From Candidatus Multivoradales bacterium (GTDB lineage Bacteria > Acidobacteriota > Thermoanaerobaculia > Multivoradales > JAHEKO01), in contig CBDCVR010000015.1 of the NCBI GenBank assembly GCA_965223155.1, forward strand, positions 448,001 through 512,000: a stretch of 64,000 nt of DNA, given 5' to 3'. The position numbers and the translations under genes are program-made. The notes under the pieces were generated by a model. The model ran no database searches. It had not been told where the DNA came from and saw only the letters and a program-made list of their open reading frames with translations. How positions within the stretch are numbered: the first letter of the stretch is position 1; each line of letters begins with the position of its first letter. Shown here piece after piece: positions 1 to 9,309 of this stretch.

Positions 1-465
1 CACCCGCCGGTTGGGATACCGGCCCTTGGCCCGATCGAAGAGCCGGATGACCTTGTCCGTCGACCAGCCGGAGTGCCGGATGACCTTGTCCAGCATCACG
101 TTCTCGCGCCGGATGTAGTAGCCGTTGAACTGCCGGGGCCGTTCCAGCAAGGTCCGGATCTCCTGGGCGAGCTCCTCGGTCACCCGCTCGTCGGCATCCA
201 GGATGAGCACCCACTGGTGGGCCACCCGATCCAGCGACCAGTTCTTCTGCGCCGCCGAACCAAAGTATTCGCGCTGCAGAAGCGTGACCGGGTACTGCTT
301 GACGATCTCCACTGTCCGATCGGTGGAGTAGGAATCCACCACCAGGATCTCGTCCGCCCACAGCACGGACTCGATGCACGCCGCGATGTTCGCGTCTTCG
401 TTGAAGGTGGTGATTACCACCGAAAGCGGGCGCGGCTCGACCGGTTCCTGCTTCTTAGGCGACAT
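1..465 (-). CDS. Glycosyltransferase family 2 (runs off the window edge, 3' end missing)
   Basis: Own translation from ATG at 465: [51 protein letters not shown]...VLILDADERV. Shows GT2 N-terminal motifs and DxD. Not in the ORF track because it is truncated. Confidence 0.9.
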   Translation of the reverse strand, partial: MSPKKQEPVEPRPLSVVITTFNEDANIAACIESVLWADEILVVDSYSTDRTVEIVKQYPVTLLQREYFGSAAQKNWSLDRVAHQWVLILDADERVTEELAQEIRTLLERPRQFNGYYIRRENVMLDKVIRHSGWSTDKVIRLFDRAKGRYPNRRV

Positions 466-1237
466 GCACCATGATCCTTTCTATCGCTTCCGCGCGGCCG
501 GTGGCCTCGTCCACGGTCACGACACAGCCGGCCACGCGCACGTCCCTCTTGGCGATGTCGAAGGGAGTCGGCGTTTGCATGAGGAACCGCTCGATGATCT
601 TGTCCCGGCGCACGCCGATCACCGACTCATAGGGACCGGTCATGCCGGCGTCGGTTTGAAAGGCGGTGCCCTCGGGCAAGATGCGCTCGTCGGCCGTCGG
701 GATATGGGTGTGGGTCCCGACAACCGCGCTGACCCGGCCGTCGAGATAGAACCCGAAGGCCTGCTTCTCGCTGGTGGCCTCGGCGTGGAAGTCCACGAAG
801 ATGACCTGCACTTCGCCCTCGAGCGACGCCAGCAGGCGATCCGCGGTTCGGAAAGGACATTCCAGCGAGGCCATGAAGACCCGTCCCTGGAGGTTCAGGG
901 TCGCGACCCGGATCCCGGCTGCCGTCTCGCCGACGTAGAGGCCGGAGCCCGGATTGCCTTCTGGGAAGTTAGCCGGCCGCAGCAGGCGGGGTTCCTCCTC
1001 GAGCAGATCCTTCACCTCGCGCTTGTCCCAGACGTGATTGCCGGTCGAAAAGCAGTCGATGGGGAGCTCGGCCAGCTCTTCGAATACCGCGCGCGTCACT
1101 CCGAAGCCGCCGGCCGCGTTCTCGACGTTGACGATGACGTAGTCGGCGCGGTGGCGGTCGATGAGTCCGGCAAGCTCGCCCGCCAGAGCCCGCCTGCCGG
1201 GCTTGCCCACCACGTCGCCAACAAACAGGATCTTCAT
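455..1237 (-). CDS. ymdB: YmdB/TIGR00282 metallophosphoesterase
   Basis: [35 protein letters not shown] motifs; directly downstream of rny. Confidence 0.95.
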   Translation of the reverse strand: MKILFVGDVVGKPGRRALAGELAGLIDRHRADYVIVNVENAAGGFGVTRAVFEELAELPIDCFSTGNHVWDKREVKDLLEEEPRLLRPANFPEGNPGSGLYVGETAAGIRVATLNLQGRVFMASLECPFRTADRLLASLEGEVQVIFVDFHAEATSEKQAFGFYLDGRVSAVVGTHTHIPTADERILPEGTAFQTDAGMTGPYESVIGVRRDKIIERFLMQTPTPFDIAKRDVRVAGCVVTVDEATGRAEAIERIMVHVA

Positions 1238-2793
1238 TTTGCGTACTCGATGGACCGGGTCTCGCGGATCACCGTGACCTTGATCTGACCCGGGTAGGTG
1301 AGCTCGGATTCGACCTTCTTGGCGATGTCCCGGGACAGCCAGATGGCCTCCTCGTCGCCGATCTTCTCGCTGTCCACGATCACGCGAATCTCCCGGCCGG
1401 CTTGAATCGCGTAGCTCTTCTGCACTCCCTTGAAGCCCGAAGCCAGCTCCTCGAGCGACTCCAGCCGCTTGACGTAGGTCTCTAGAATCTCCCGGCGGGC
1501 GCCCGGCCGCGCCGCCGACAGCGCGTCGGCGGCGGTTACCAGAACCGCCTCCACGGTTTCCGGATCGTAGTCGCCGTGGTGACAGGCCATGGCATGAACG
1601 ACGTCTTCGCGCTCGCCGTGCTTGCGCAGGAGGTCGATGCCGATTTCGAGATGGGTGCCCTCCATCTCGCGGTCCACCGCCTTGCCGATGTCGTGCAGCA
1701 GGCCGGCCCGCTTGGCAACCGGCACGTTGGCCTTGAGCTCGCCCGCCATGTTCCCGGCCAGGAAGGCAACTTCCTTCGAGTGCTGGAGCACGTTCTGGCC
1801 GTACGAGGTCCGGTAGCGCAACCGGCCCAGGAGCTTCACCAGCTCCGGGTGGACGGTCGGGATGTTGAGCTCCAGCAGCGCCGCCTCGCCCTCCTGCTTG
1901 ATCTTCTCGTCGAACTCGGCCTTGACCTTGCCGACCACTTCTTCGATGCGGGCGGGATGGATGCGGCCATCGGCGACCAGCCGCTCCAGAGCGACCCGCG
2001 CCATCTCCCGGCGGTAGGGATCAAAGCCCGAGATGATGACCGCCTCGGGGGTGTCGTCCACGATCAGATCGACTCCGGTGGCGGCCTCGATGGCCCGGAT
2101 GTTCCGGCCTTCCCGCCCGATAATCCGGCCCTTCATCTCGTCGGACGGCAGCATGACCACCGAGACCGTGGTCTCGGAGACGTAGTCGGACGCCGCCCGT
2201 TGCACCGCCATGCCGACGATGCGCTGGGCCTCGGCGCTGGCCTTCTCACGAGCTTCGTCCTCGATGCGCTTGACCATGTGGGCCGCCTCCATGCGGGCTT
2301 CGGTCTCGAGCCCCTGGATCAGCTCGTCCTTGGCCTGCTGCGCCGTCAGGCCGGCCACCTGCTCCAACTTGCCGCGTTGAACAGCGACCAGCTCCTCGAG
2401 CTCAGTGTGCCGGTCTTCCACCGAACGCTCGCGCCTCGAGAGCTTCTTTTCACGCCGGCCGAACTGCTTTTCGCGCTGCCGCAGCTCCTGGCCGGTGGCT
2501 TGGAGCGTGTCTTCTTTTTGGAGGAGGCGGTTCTCGAGCTGTTCGAGCTCCTTACGCTGCTTGCGCGAGGCCTTCTCGAACTCGCCACGGGCCTGGAGGA
2601 GCTTCTCGCGGGCGGCCAGCTCGGCTTCCTTCAGCTTGGCCTCGCTGTCGCGCTCGGCCGCGTCCTGAAGGCGCTTGGCGTCTCCCTTGGCTCGAGCGAT
2701 CACTCCGCTCGCCGCCCGCCGCACGAAGAGCCACCACAGGACCGCCGTGAGGAGAATCGCGCCGCCCAGTCCGATCAGGACTTGTTCCGTCAT
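1234..2793 (-). CDS. rny: Ribonuclease Y
   Basis: N-terminal TM, coiled coil, KH ([13 protein letters not shown]), HD domain (LLHDIGK), C-terminal [11 protein letters not shown]. Confidence 0.97.
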   Translation of the reverse strand: MTEQVLIGLGGAILLTAVLWWLFVRRAASGVIARAKGDAKRLQDAAERDSEAKLKEAELAAREKLLQARGEFEKASRKQRKELEQLENRLLQKEDTLQATGQELRQREKQFGRREKKLSRRERSVEDRHTELEELVAVQRGKLEQVAGLTAQQAKDELIQGLETEARMEAAHMVKRIEDEAREKASAEAQRIVGMAVQRAASDYVSETTVSVVMLPSDEMKGRIIGREGRNIRAIEAATGVDLIVDDTPEAVIISGFDPYRREMARVALERLVADGRIHPARIEEVVGKVKAEFDEKIKQEGEAALLELNIPTVHPELVKLLGRLRYRTSYGQNVLQHSKEVAFLAGNMAGELKANVPVAKRAGLLHDIGKAVDREMEGTHLEIGIDLLRKHGEREDVVHAMACHHGDYDPETVEAVLVTAADALSAARPGARREILETYVKRLESLEELASGFKGVQKSYAIQAGREIRVIVDSEKIGDEEAIWLSRDIAKKVESELTYPGQIKVTVIRETRSIEYAK

Positions 2794-2860
2794 GTTGCCC
2801 CCCTATCTCAGAACAGGTGGGCCGGGTAACTAGAGGAGTGGCGTTCGCCGGAAAAAACCG

Positions 2861-3051
2861 GGCATCCCCCGCGCGGCCGTGTGGGTTGCTACTTAGAACC
2901 TGATTTCCACCAGGTGGGTGTCCGCTCCCAGGGCCGTTAGCGTCCCCGTACGAGCGGGGCTGGCACAGGCCACAGGGATGAAAGACTCCCGAAAACGAAC
3001 TGTTGGTTCTACAACTGCTAAGCCCATCACGAATACCACACAGGGGATGCC
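2861..3051 (-). ncRNA. ssrS: 6S RNA
   Basis: ~190 nt non-coding interval with complementary ends (ggcatcccc...ggggatgcc) closing a long rod; canonical zapA-6S-rny position. Confidence 0.85.
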
Positions 3052-3101
3052 AAGTTCGGTGTTTTCTTCACGAAGCGAAGCGCGCTAACCGGAGTTTGCG
3101 G

Positions 3102-3398
3102 TTACGTATCAAGAGCCTTTTCGAGTTTCCTGGTCAGCGTCGCCACCCTCTCCTGGATATCTACCCGTTCCCCTTCCTGCTGCTGTCGACACCGATGCAG
3201 ATCATCGGCAAGATTGAGCGCCGCCAGGATCGCTATCTTCGCCGTGTCCACCGTGGCGACTTGCTGCGCCACTTCGCGCATGCGCCGGTCCACAACGTCG
3301 GCAACTTCCTGAAGGTGCTCCGGATTATCGTTTCCCCGGACGTGGTAGACGGTCCCGAAAATCTCGACCTGAGTTGTGGTCTGCGCTTTCGATTCCAT
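3102..3398 (-). CDS. zapA: Cell division protein ZapA
   Basis: VEIFGTVYHV...VDRRMREV...AILAALNLADDL pattern; upstream of 6S RNA. Confidence 0.93.
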   Translation of the reverse strand: MESKAQTTTQVEIFGTVYHVRGNDNPEHLQEVADVVDRRMREVAQQVATVDTAKIAILAALNLADDLHRCRQQQEGERVDIQERVATLTRKLEKALDT

Positions 3399-3540
3399 AC
3401 CGACCTCGCCGGACCTAATTCTCCTCTCGAACTTTGTTACGTGTCCGAGAGCAGCCTTGGCGCGGCGAACTATAGCACAGCGCCATGGGCCGAAAGAGCA
3501 GTCCGGAATTGCGGAAACGCCGTCTTTCGGGGGCGCCGGA

Positions 3541-4032
3541 CTAGGACGAGACGAGGCGCCGGTAGTCGCGATTCCAGTAGATCAAGGGCTCGTCGTCGGG
3601 CCGCCCGATCCCGGAAGCCTGCACTTCACCGACGTAGACCGTGTGGGTGCCGGCGGGGAACCGATCGTGAATCGTGCAGTCCAGCCAAGCCAGGCCGTCG
3701 ACCAGAACCGGAGCCCCGGTCGCCGCCGTCGACCAGTTGCCCACGGCGAAGCGATCCTCGGTCTTGACCCAGGCGAACCGGTTGGACAGCTCGTCCTGGT
3801 CGGCGGCCAGGATGTTGACGGCAAAGGTCGCACCCTCCCGCTCCAGAAGACCGTAGGCCCGATGCCGGTGGTCGATCATGACCGCCACCAGCGGCGGCTC
3901 CGGGGACACCGAGGCAAACGCCGACACGGTAAGCCCGTGGACGTCGTCCCCGACCTTGACCGTGACGATGGTGACGCCCGAAGGAAAGTGCCGCAGGGCG
4001 TCACGGTAGGCCTCGGAGCTGACCGGCATCAC
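3541..4032 (-). CDS. Flavin reductase-like family protein
   Basis: FPSGVTIVT, GLTVSAFASVSPEPP, AGTHTVYVGEV, PLIYW. Confidence 0.9.
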   Translation of the reverse strand: MMPVSSEAYRDALRHFPSGVTIVTVKVGDDVHGLTVSAFASVSPEPPLVAVMIDHRHRAYGLLEREGATFAVNILAADQDELSNRFAWVKTEDRFAVGNWSTAATGAPVLVDGLAWLDCTIHDRFPAGTHTVYVGEVQASGIGRPDDEPLIYWNRDYRRLVSS

Positions 4033-4101
4033 CGGATCTTAGCAAGAGCTCTCCGCGTCAGAATTCGCGCTGTCAATCCGTCTCCAGGTTCGAGGGCACG
4101 C

Positions 4102-4455
4102 ATGATCGAGATCGCACCAACAGCCACACCCGCGCCGAACGCGCACAGCAAGACGGCCCCGGCCTCCTTCGGGGAGCCGGCCGGGCCGGACCGCCGCCGG
4201 AGCTCCCGGCGGCCGGCATCTTCGGCCGGCGAGCTCGTGCCCGGCACCGCGTGCCGACTGGTCAACGTCGGTCTCGGCGGAGTCGCGATCACGACCGAGT
4301 GGGCGCTCCGGGTGGGCGGGACCTACCGGCTCCGCTGGGCGAAAGGCGAGACCGAAGGCGAGGTCCGCTGGAGCCGCTTGACGGCGACCCGCCGCGGCCA
4401 GGGAGGCGACGTCGTGCCGATCTTCGTCTCGGGCATCCGGTTCGGGGCTAATTGA
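4102..4455 (+). CDS. Single-domain PilZ-like protein
   Basis: ATG at 4102 within ORF 3376..4455; RRSSR (RxxxR), NVGLGG (variant of D/NxSxxG), GEVRW, GIRF. Confidence 0.6.
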   Translation: MIEIAPTATPAPNAHSKTAPASFGEPAGPDRRRSSRRPASSAGELVPGTACRLVNVGLGGVAITTEWALRVGGTYRLRWAKGETEGEVRWSRLTATRRGQGGDVVPIFVSGIRFGAN

Positions 4456-4504
4456 GCCAGCGGAGGCAGCGGGCCTGCGCCCAGCCTCGACGAGATGCGC
4501 GGGC

Positions 4505-6325
4505 TCAGTCGCCGGGCGCCAGATGCGCCCGATCCGAGTCGCCCATCTCGACCCCCGAGGGGAAGTACTCGCGCCAGCGGCGGGTGACCCGCTCGGCAAT
4601 CTCCTCGGCGCAGAAGAGCTCGTCCGGGAAGTCCGGCTTGCGCCGGGCGTCGATCAGGATCGGAGCCCGGTAGGCGACGTGGTTGCGCTCGATCGCGGTC
4701 GCGCGGGCGTAGACGTCGCGCGCGGGCTCGAACTTGGTGAACGTCGACCAGAGGAAGTTCATCGACGACGCCAGGGTGCGCTCGGGCTCATCGGTCAGGA
4801 CCAGGAGAGGCCAATCCGAGAAGGCCGCCGCGGCCACGATCCGCTCCGGCAGACCCGCATCGTCGGCGGCGCCGCCCACGACCAGGCAGCCGCGGCAGAA
4901 CGGCTCGGCGTGCGTCGCCCCCGCCGGCAGCTCGGCCGGAGCCAAGGCCGACGGCAGCTCGCGCACCGGGTCGCCCAAGCCCAGCCAGATGCCCTTCGAG
5001 CCCTCGTTGACCACCGGACCGGTGTAGTCCAGTGTATCCATCGCCAGATTGGCAAGGACGAACAGGTCGGTCTCGGTCCGCGTGCGCTCGAGCACGTGCT
5101 CCAGGGTCGTCCGAAAGTCGGTGAGATCCACCGGCCGATCGGTCACCAGCAGGAACTTGGTGAGGGACAGTTGACCCTCACCCAGAATGCGGAAGGCGCT
5201 GGCCATGGCCTCGCGCTTGTAGCGCTCCTGGACGACCGCGGCCGCCAGCGAGTGATAGCCGGTCTCCCCATACGACCACAGGCTCCGGACGCCCGGCATG
5301 ACCAACGGAAACAACGGCGACAGGAGCTCCTGGAGCAGATCGCCGATGTAGAAGTCCTCCTGCCTGGGCTTGCCCACCACTGTCGCCGGGTAGATGGCGC
5401 CGTCACGGTGCGCCAAGGCGTCGATCTCGAACACCGGGTAGTCGTGGCGCAGTGAATAGTAGCCGTAGTGATCCCCGAACGGTCCCTCGGGACGGCGCTC
5501 GCCCGGCGGCACCTTGCCGATCAGGGCGAACTCGGCTTCGGCCAGCAGAGGATGGGCCCCGGGGCCGGCACACAGCGGCAGCCGGCCGCCGGTCAAGAGC
5601 GAGGCCAGGAGCAACTCGGGCACGTTCTCCGGCAGCGGCGCGATCGCCGCCAGGATCGCGGCAGGCGGCCCGCCGAGAAAGACCGTCGCCGGCAGGGCTT
5701 GCCCGCGCTCTTCGGCCACCGCGTAGTGGTACCCGCCACCCTTGCCGATCTGCCAGTGCATGCCGGTGGTGCGCCGATCGTGGACGTGCAGCCGGTACAT
5801 CCCCAGGTTATGCCGCCGCCGCTCACCCTCCGCCGTGGCCGGCTCCTCGGTATAGACGAGGGGCAAGGTCACGAACGGCCCGCCGTCTTCCGGCCAGGTC
5901 GTCAGAACCGGCAGCCGGTCCAGGCGCACGTCGGTCGTGACATTGGCGGTCACCGGTCCGCGCGCACGCCGCTTGAGACCCACACGCGCGAGCTGTCCGA
6001 GAGCGCCACGCGCCTGCCACAGCCGCGCGGCGCTCGGCGGCAGCAAGGTCTCGGCCAGCTCCACCGCTTGCTGGAGGAGCTCGAAGGGGCGGCTGCCAAA
6101 GGCCATCTCCGCCCGAGACCGGGTGCCGAAGAAATTCGTGGCGCAGCGAAATCGGCTTCCCCGAACCTTGTTGAAAACCAGGGCCGGACCACCGGCGGCG
6201 ATAACGCGGCGATGGATCTCCGCGATCTCCTGATCGGCATCGACCTCGACGTCGATCTCGACCAGATCGCCACGGCGGCGAAGCTCCGCTAGAAAGCTGC
6301 CCAGGTTTGGGAAGGTGACCGCCAT
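4505..6325 (-). CDS. UbiD-family (prFMN-dependent) decarboxylase
   Basis: Start at MAVTFPNL (6325); EIAEIHRRV, NLGMYR, PEGPFGDHYGYY catalytic motif. Confidence 0.9.
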   Translation of the reverse strand: MAVTFPNLGSFLAELRRRGDLVEIDVEVDADQEIAEIHRRVIAAGGPALVFNKVRGSRFRCATNFFGTRSRAEMAFGSRPFELLQQAVELAETLLPPSAARLWQARGALGQLARVGLKRRARGPVTANVTTDVRLDRLPVLTTWPEDGGPFVTLPLVYTEEPATAEGERRRHNLGMYRLHVHDRRTTGMHWQIGKGGGYHYAVAEERGQALPATVFLGGPPAAILAAIAPLPENVPELLLASLLTGGRLPLCAGPGAHPLLAEAEFALIGKVPPGERRPEGPFGDHYGYYSLRHDYPVFEIDALAHRDGAIYPATVVGKPRQEDFYIGDLLQELLSPLFPLVMPGVRSLWSYGETGYHSLAAAVVQERYKREAMASAFRILGEGQLSLTKFLLVTDRPVDLTDFRTTLEHVLERTRTETDLFVLANLAMDTLDYTGPVVNEGSKGIWLGLGDPVRELPSALAPAELPAGATHAEPFCRGCLVVGGAADDAGLPERIVAAAAFSDWPLLVLTDEPERTLASSMNFLWSTFTKFEPARDVYARATAIERNHVAYRAPILIDARRKPDFPDELFCAEEIAERVTRRWREYFPSGVEMGDSDRAHLAPGD

Positions 6326-6333
6326 GGTGACGA

Positions 6334-7353
6334 CTAGCCGGCCGCGCGCTCGAGTACCGGACGTCCCTTCGCGATGCGCGAATGGATGTCGTGGTAGATG
6401 GCGAAGACCCGGGCGCGGGAGATCTTGGAGCCCGGCCCCTTGGCCTCGACCCGATCCAGCGTCGCCCAAGCCAGCTCCACCGGCAGGGCGGTAAAGGCGA
6501 TCACTCCGGGGGGTCCTCCCGCGGCCTGAATCGCCCGTGAATACTCGGCGGCCGAGCGAAGGTCGGCCCGGGCCAACGCGAACACCTCGTCCCGATCGAC
6601 CCCGGGCGGAAGGAAGTTTCGTCCCTCGTCGGCGTCCTCGACGCTGTCCTTGAGGATGTTGACGAGCTGTAGCCCCTCGCCGAACGCCGAGGCGCGCTCA
6701 CGCAGGTAGTCCGCGGCGGGCGTCAGCGCCTCGCTGCCCAGAAGAAACAAGTCCGTCAGCATCTCGCCCACGATCCCGGCAACCGCGTAGCAGTAGGCCC
6801 TCAGATCGTCCAGGTCCTCCAGGCGAAGGACGCCGCCGTCGTCGGTCTTGGTCACGAACTCGGCCATCAGACGCGTGGTCCGCCGGGTGTGCTTCCGGAT
6901 GGCCTCGGCCGCGGCCGGATCGAGGTCCAGCAGAGCTCCAAAAACCGCGGGAGTCTCCGTCAGCAACTCGAGATAGCCCGGATGCTCGGTCGGCGGCTCG
7001 GCAAGCCAGACCGCGACGCGGCTTTCGACTTCGCTCCGCGACGGCTCGGCCAGCAGGCGGTCGAACTCGTCCAGGGCCCGCAGGCGCTGCGGGCGGCGCC
7101 ACAACACGCTCGCGTCCTCGAAAGTGTCCGCGATCCGGAACAGCAGATAGGAGATCGTGACCTCGCCCCGCGTCGGGTCTGGCAACTGAGGGATGGCCAG
7201 CGCGAAGGTGCGGCTGGTCTTGACCAGGAGATCCTGGAGGCGCTCGCCCCGAGCGGTGGCAAAGAGCTCGACGGCTCGGTCTCCCCCGCTTCTTCCGTTT
7301 CCCCCGTTTCCCCTGTTTCCGAAACCTCCGGATGGTGTCGCGACGTCCTTCAT
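6334..7353 (-). CDS. Squalene synthase (single-enzyme, FDFT1-like head-to-head synthase)
   Basis: SRTFALAI, YLLFRIADTFED, YCYAVAGIVGEMLT, GLQLVNILKD; start uncertain (7353 chosen). Confidence 0.8.
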   Translation of the reverse strand: MKDVATPSGGFGNRGNGGNGRSGGDRAVELFATARGERLQDLLVKTSRTFALAIPQLPDPTRGEVTISYLLFRIADTFEDASVLWRRPQRLRALDEFDRLLAEPSRSEVESRVAVWLAEPPTEHPGYLELLTETPAVFGALLDLDPAAAEAIRKHTRRTTRLMAEFVTKTDDGGVLRLEDLDDLRAYCYAVAGIVGEMLTDLFLLGSEALTPAADYLRERASAFGEGLQLVNILKDSVEDADEGRNFLPPGVDRDEVFALARADLRSAAEYSRAIQAAGGPPGVIAFTALPVELAWATLDRVEAKGPGSKISRARVFAIYHDIHSRIAKGRPVLERAAG

Positions 7354-7390
7354 ACCCGACGCCGATCCTAGCCTGGATCGGCGCAAGCGC

Positions 7391-8272
7391 TCACCCGTCG
7401 CGGCCGTCCCGCGACCGGGTCGAGTCCAAGCCGGCCGGGACCCGAGTCGCCCCGGCTTCCGCGCCCGCTGTCGCCGCGACTCTCGCCGCTTCCTCTGGCT
7501 CCGCGCAGCCGGAGGCCTCGAGAGCCGCCACCGCGGCCGCCAGGGCTCCGGCGCGATCCCCGTTTCCGATCCATGAAGGCACGCCGAACCGACTCAGTTC
7601 GAGGGCAGTTTCCAGCCGCAGCCGCATGCCGCCGGTGACGTCGCCGGCCGAGCCCACCGCGGCCGCCCGGACCGCGTCCAGGTTCGCCGCCGTGACCCGA
7701 TCCACCGGCGCGCCGGCGCCGTCCAGAATGCCCTCCGACCGGCCCAGCCAGATCGCTCCGGCAACCCCATGCCCCCGAGCCAGCAACCCCGGCAGCAGCG
7801 ACCTCAGCACGGTCTCGGTCGAGACGATACGAGGCTCGCCTTCTTCGGTCAGCGCCACGTCACCGTAGAGAACCGGCAGGTGGCCCGCGTCCAAAGCCGC
7901 CGCCACGGTCACCGCGCCGGCTCCACCCGCGGCCGGGCCGGTCATGAAGCTGCCCGGCGCCAGCGAGAACGGCTCGAGACCGGCTTCCAGAAGCGCGGCG
8001 ACGACGACGCGATGGAGCCGCGCCGCCGCGTCCTGGGTTCGCGAGACCGCCGAGATCTGCTGCGGCCGGCTCCGGCCGTCCCAGCCCGACTCGAGGGCGG
8101 CCCGGTGGCCGAACGAACCGCTGCCATGACCTAGAACGAAGCGTGCGGACGCGCCGGCCAGCTCAACCGCGAGCCGGTCCACGACCTCCCGGCGCACGGC
8201 CTCGTTTCCGGCCTTGTCGGTAATCAGGCTCCCGCCCCACTTGACCAGGAAGACCGGCGGACGCGGGCTCAT
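7391..8272 (-). CDS. ipk: Isopentenyl phosphate kinase (amino-acid-kinase family)
   Basis: C-terminal part of ORF 7391..9589 from ATG 8272: KWGGSLITDK, GHGSGSFGH (IPK His), PVLYGDV, DVTGGM; overlaps upstream stop by 4 nt. Confidence 0.88.
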   Translation of the reverse strand: MSPRPPVFLVKWGGSLITDKAGNEAVRREVVDRLAVELAGASARFVLGHGSGSFGHRAALESGWDGRSRPQQISAVSRTQDAAARLHRVVVAALLEAGLEPFSLAPGSFMTGPAAGGAGAVTVAAALDAGHLPVLYGDVALTEEGEPRIVSTETVLRSLLPGLLARGHGVAGAIWLGRSEGILDGAGAPVDRVTAANLDAVRAAAVGSAGDVTGGMRLRLETALELSRFGVPSWIGNGDRAGALAAAVAALEASGCAEPEEAARVAATAGAEAGATRVPAGLDSTRSRDGRDG

Positions 8273-9306
8273 TGCCGCCCCTCCCGGCCGGGCTCGCCGT
8301 CGCGCTCCAGATGGCGCTCGCTTGCGCGCGGCCCGGTGCCCACCCGGTCGGCCAGCACCCGGACGACGCCGTCCAGCTCCGCAAGAGCGGCGCTCACCCG
8401 GACTTCGACGTCCGCCGGACAAAGAGCGTGGACGTTTGGCCCGGCATCGATCGTGGCGTAGACCGGGACGCCTTCCGCGCGCAGCTCGCGAATCCGCCAC
8501 AACACTTCGAGTGTGCCACCCTTCCAATAGTAGGTGGGCGGAGTCGAGGACATGGCAACGCGATGCAGATCCACCGCCTCGTCTTCGACCACCGCGCCCA
8601 GCTTCTGAATGTCGCGCTCGCGGATGGCTTCTTCGACGGCCCGGAGCCGATCCGGCAGCTCGGCCAGCCGCGGCTCGAACCTGGGACTGGTCGGCGCCCG
8701 CCGGTGGCCCTCGCGCGATGGCACGTCCTTGGCCGACTCGTCCACGATCGCGACCAAATCGCACAGAGCCCAATGATCGGCACCTGCCAGGACCTCGATA
8801 CCGTCGCCGCCGGCCGCCGCCGGCCAGCGCACGTAACCTCCAGCGACCGAGCGGGCCGCCGAGCCCGAACCGCTGAGCCGGGCCCAGCGGGACGCCTCGT
8901 TCAGATCCTCGGGCGGCGTTCCCAGAGCCTCGAGCGCCGCCAGGGTCAGGGCCGCGAACCCCGAGGCCGACGAGGCGATGCCGGCACCGGTCGGGAACGA
9001 GTTCTCGGTCAGGACCTCGAAGGAGCCGGCGCGGCCCGCCCGATCCCGCAGTCTGTTCAGATGGCGACGAACAGGGGCCACGAAACCCTCCGACGCCGGC
9101 TCGAAACCACCGCCCTCGCGCCGGAACCAGACCCGGTCCCGGCCGCCACCCCCGGGGTGGAAGGTCGCGGTACACGTCGAAACACAGCGGTCCAGGGTCA
9201 TCGAGATTGAAGGGTTGAACGGCTCGACGGTCTCGGCGTCGCGTGTGCCCCAGTACTTGATGAAGGCGATGTTCGACGGAGCGATGACGGTCGCTTGGGT
9301 AGGCAT
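8269..9306 (-). CDS. Mevalonate (mono/di)phosphate decarboxylase, probably mevalonate-5-phosphate decarboxylase
   Basis: SNIAFIKYWG, SISMTL, GIASSASGFAAL, SGSGSAARS, DAGPNVH; next to ipk, no phosphomevalonate kinase in cluster. Confidence 0.88.
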   Translation of the reverse strand: MPTQATVIAPSNIAFIKYWGTRDAETVEPFNPSISMTLDRCVSTCTATFHPGGGGRDRVWFRREGGGFEPASEGFVAPVRRHLNRLRDRAGRAGSFEVLTENSFPTGAGIASSASGFAALTLAALEALGTPPEDLNEASRWARLSGSGSAARSVAGGYVRWPAAAGGDGIEVLAGADHWALCDLVAIVDESAKDVPSREGHRRAPTSPRFEPRLAELPDRLRAVEEAIRERDIQKLGAVVEDEAVDLHRVAMSSTPPTYYWKGGTLEVLWRIRELRAEGVPVYATIDAGPNVHALCPADVEVRVSAALAELDGVVRVLADRVGTGPRASERHLERDGEPGREGRQ

Positions 9307-9309
9307 CGG

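Noticed and set aside
4505-6325. UbiD as anhydromevalonate phosphate decarboxylase of the archaeal MVA route
   Set aside because: No AcnX-type phosphomevalonate dehydratase in the window, a GHMP decarboxylase already fills the step, and at ~606 aa it is longer than typical AMPD
7283-7322. 9-bp purine-rich repeats at the squalene synthase 5' end
   Set aside because: Low-complexity GNxG-coding linker or leader; no evidence of a distinct function
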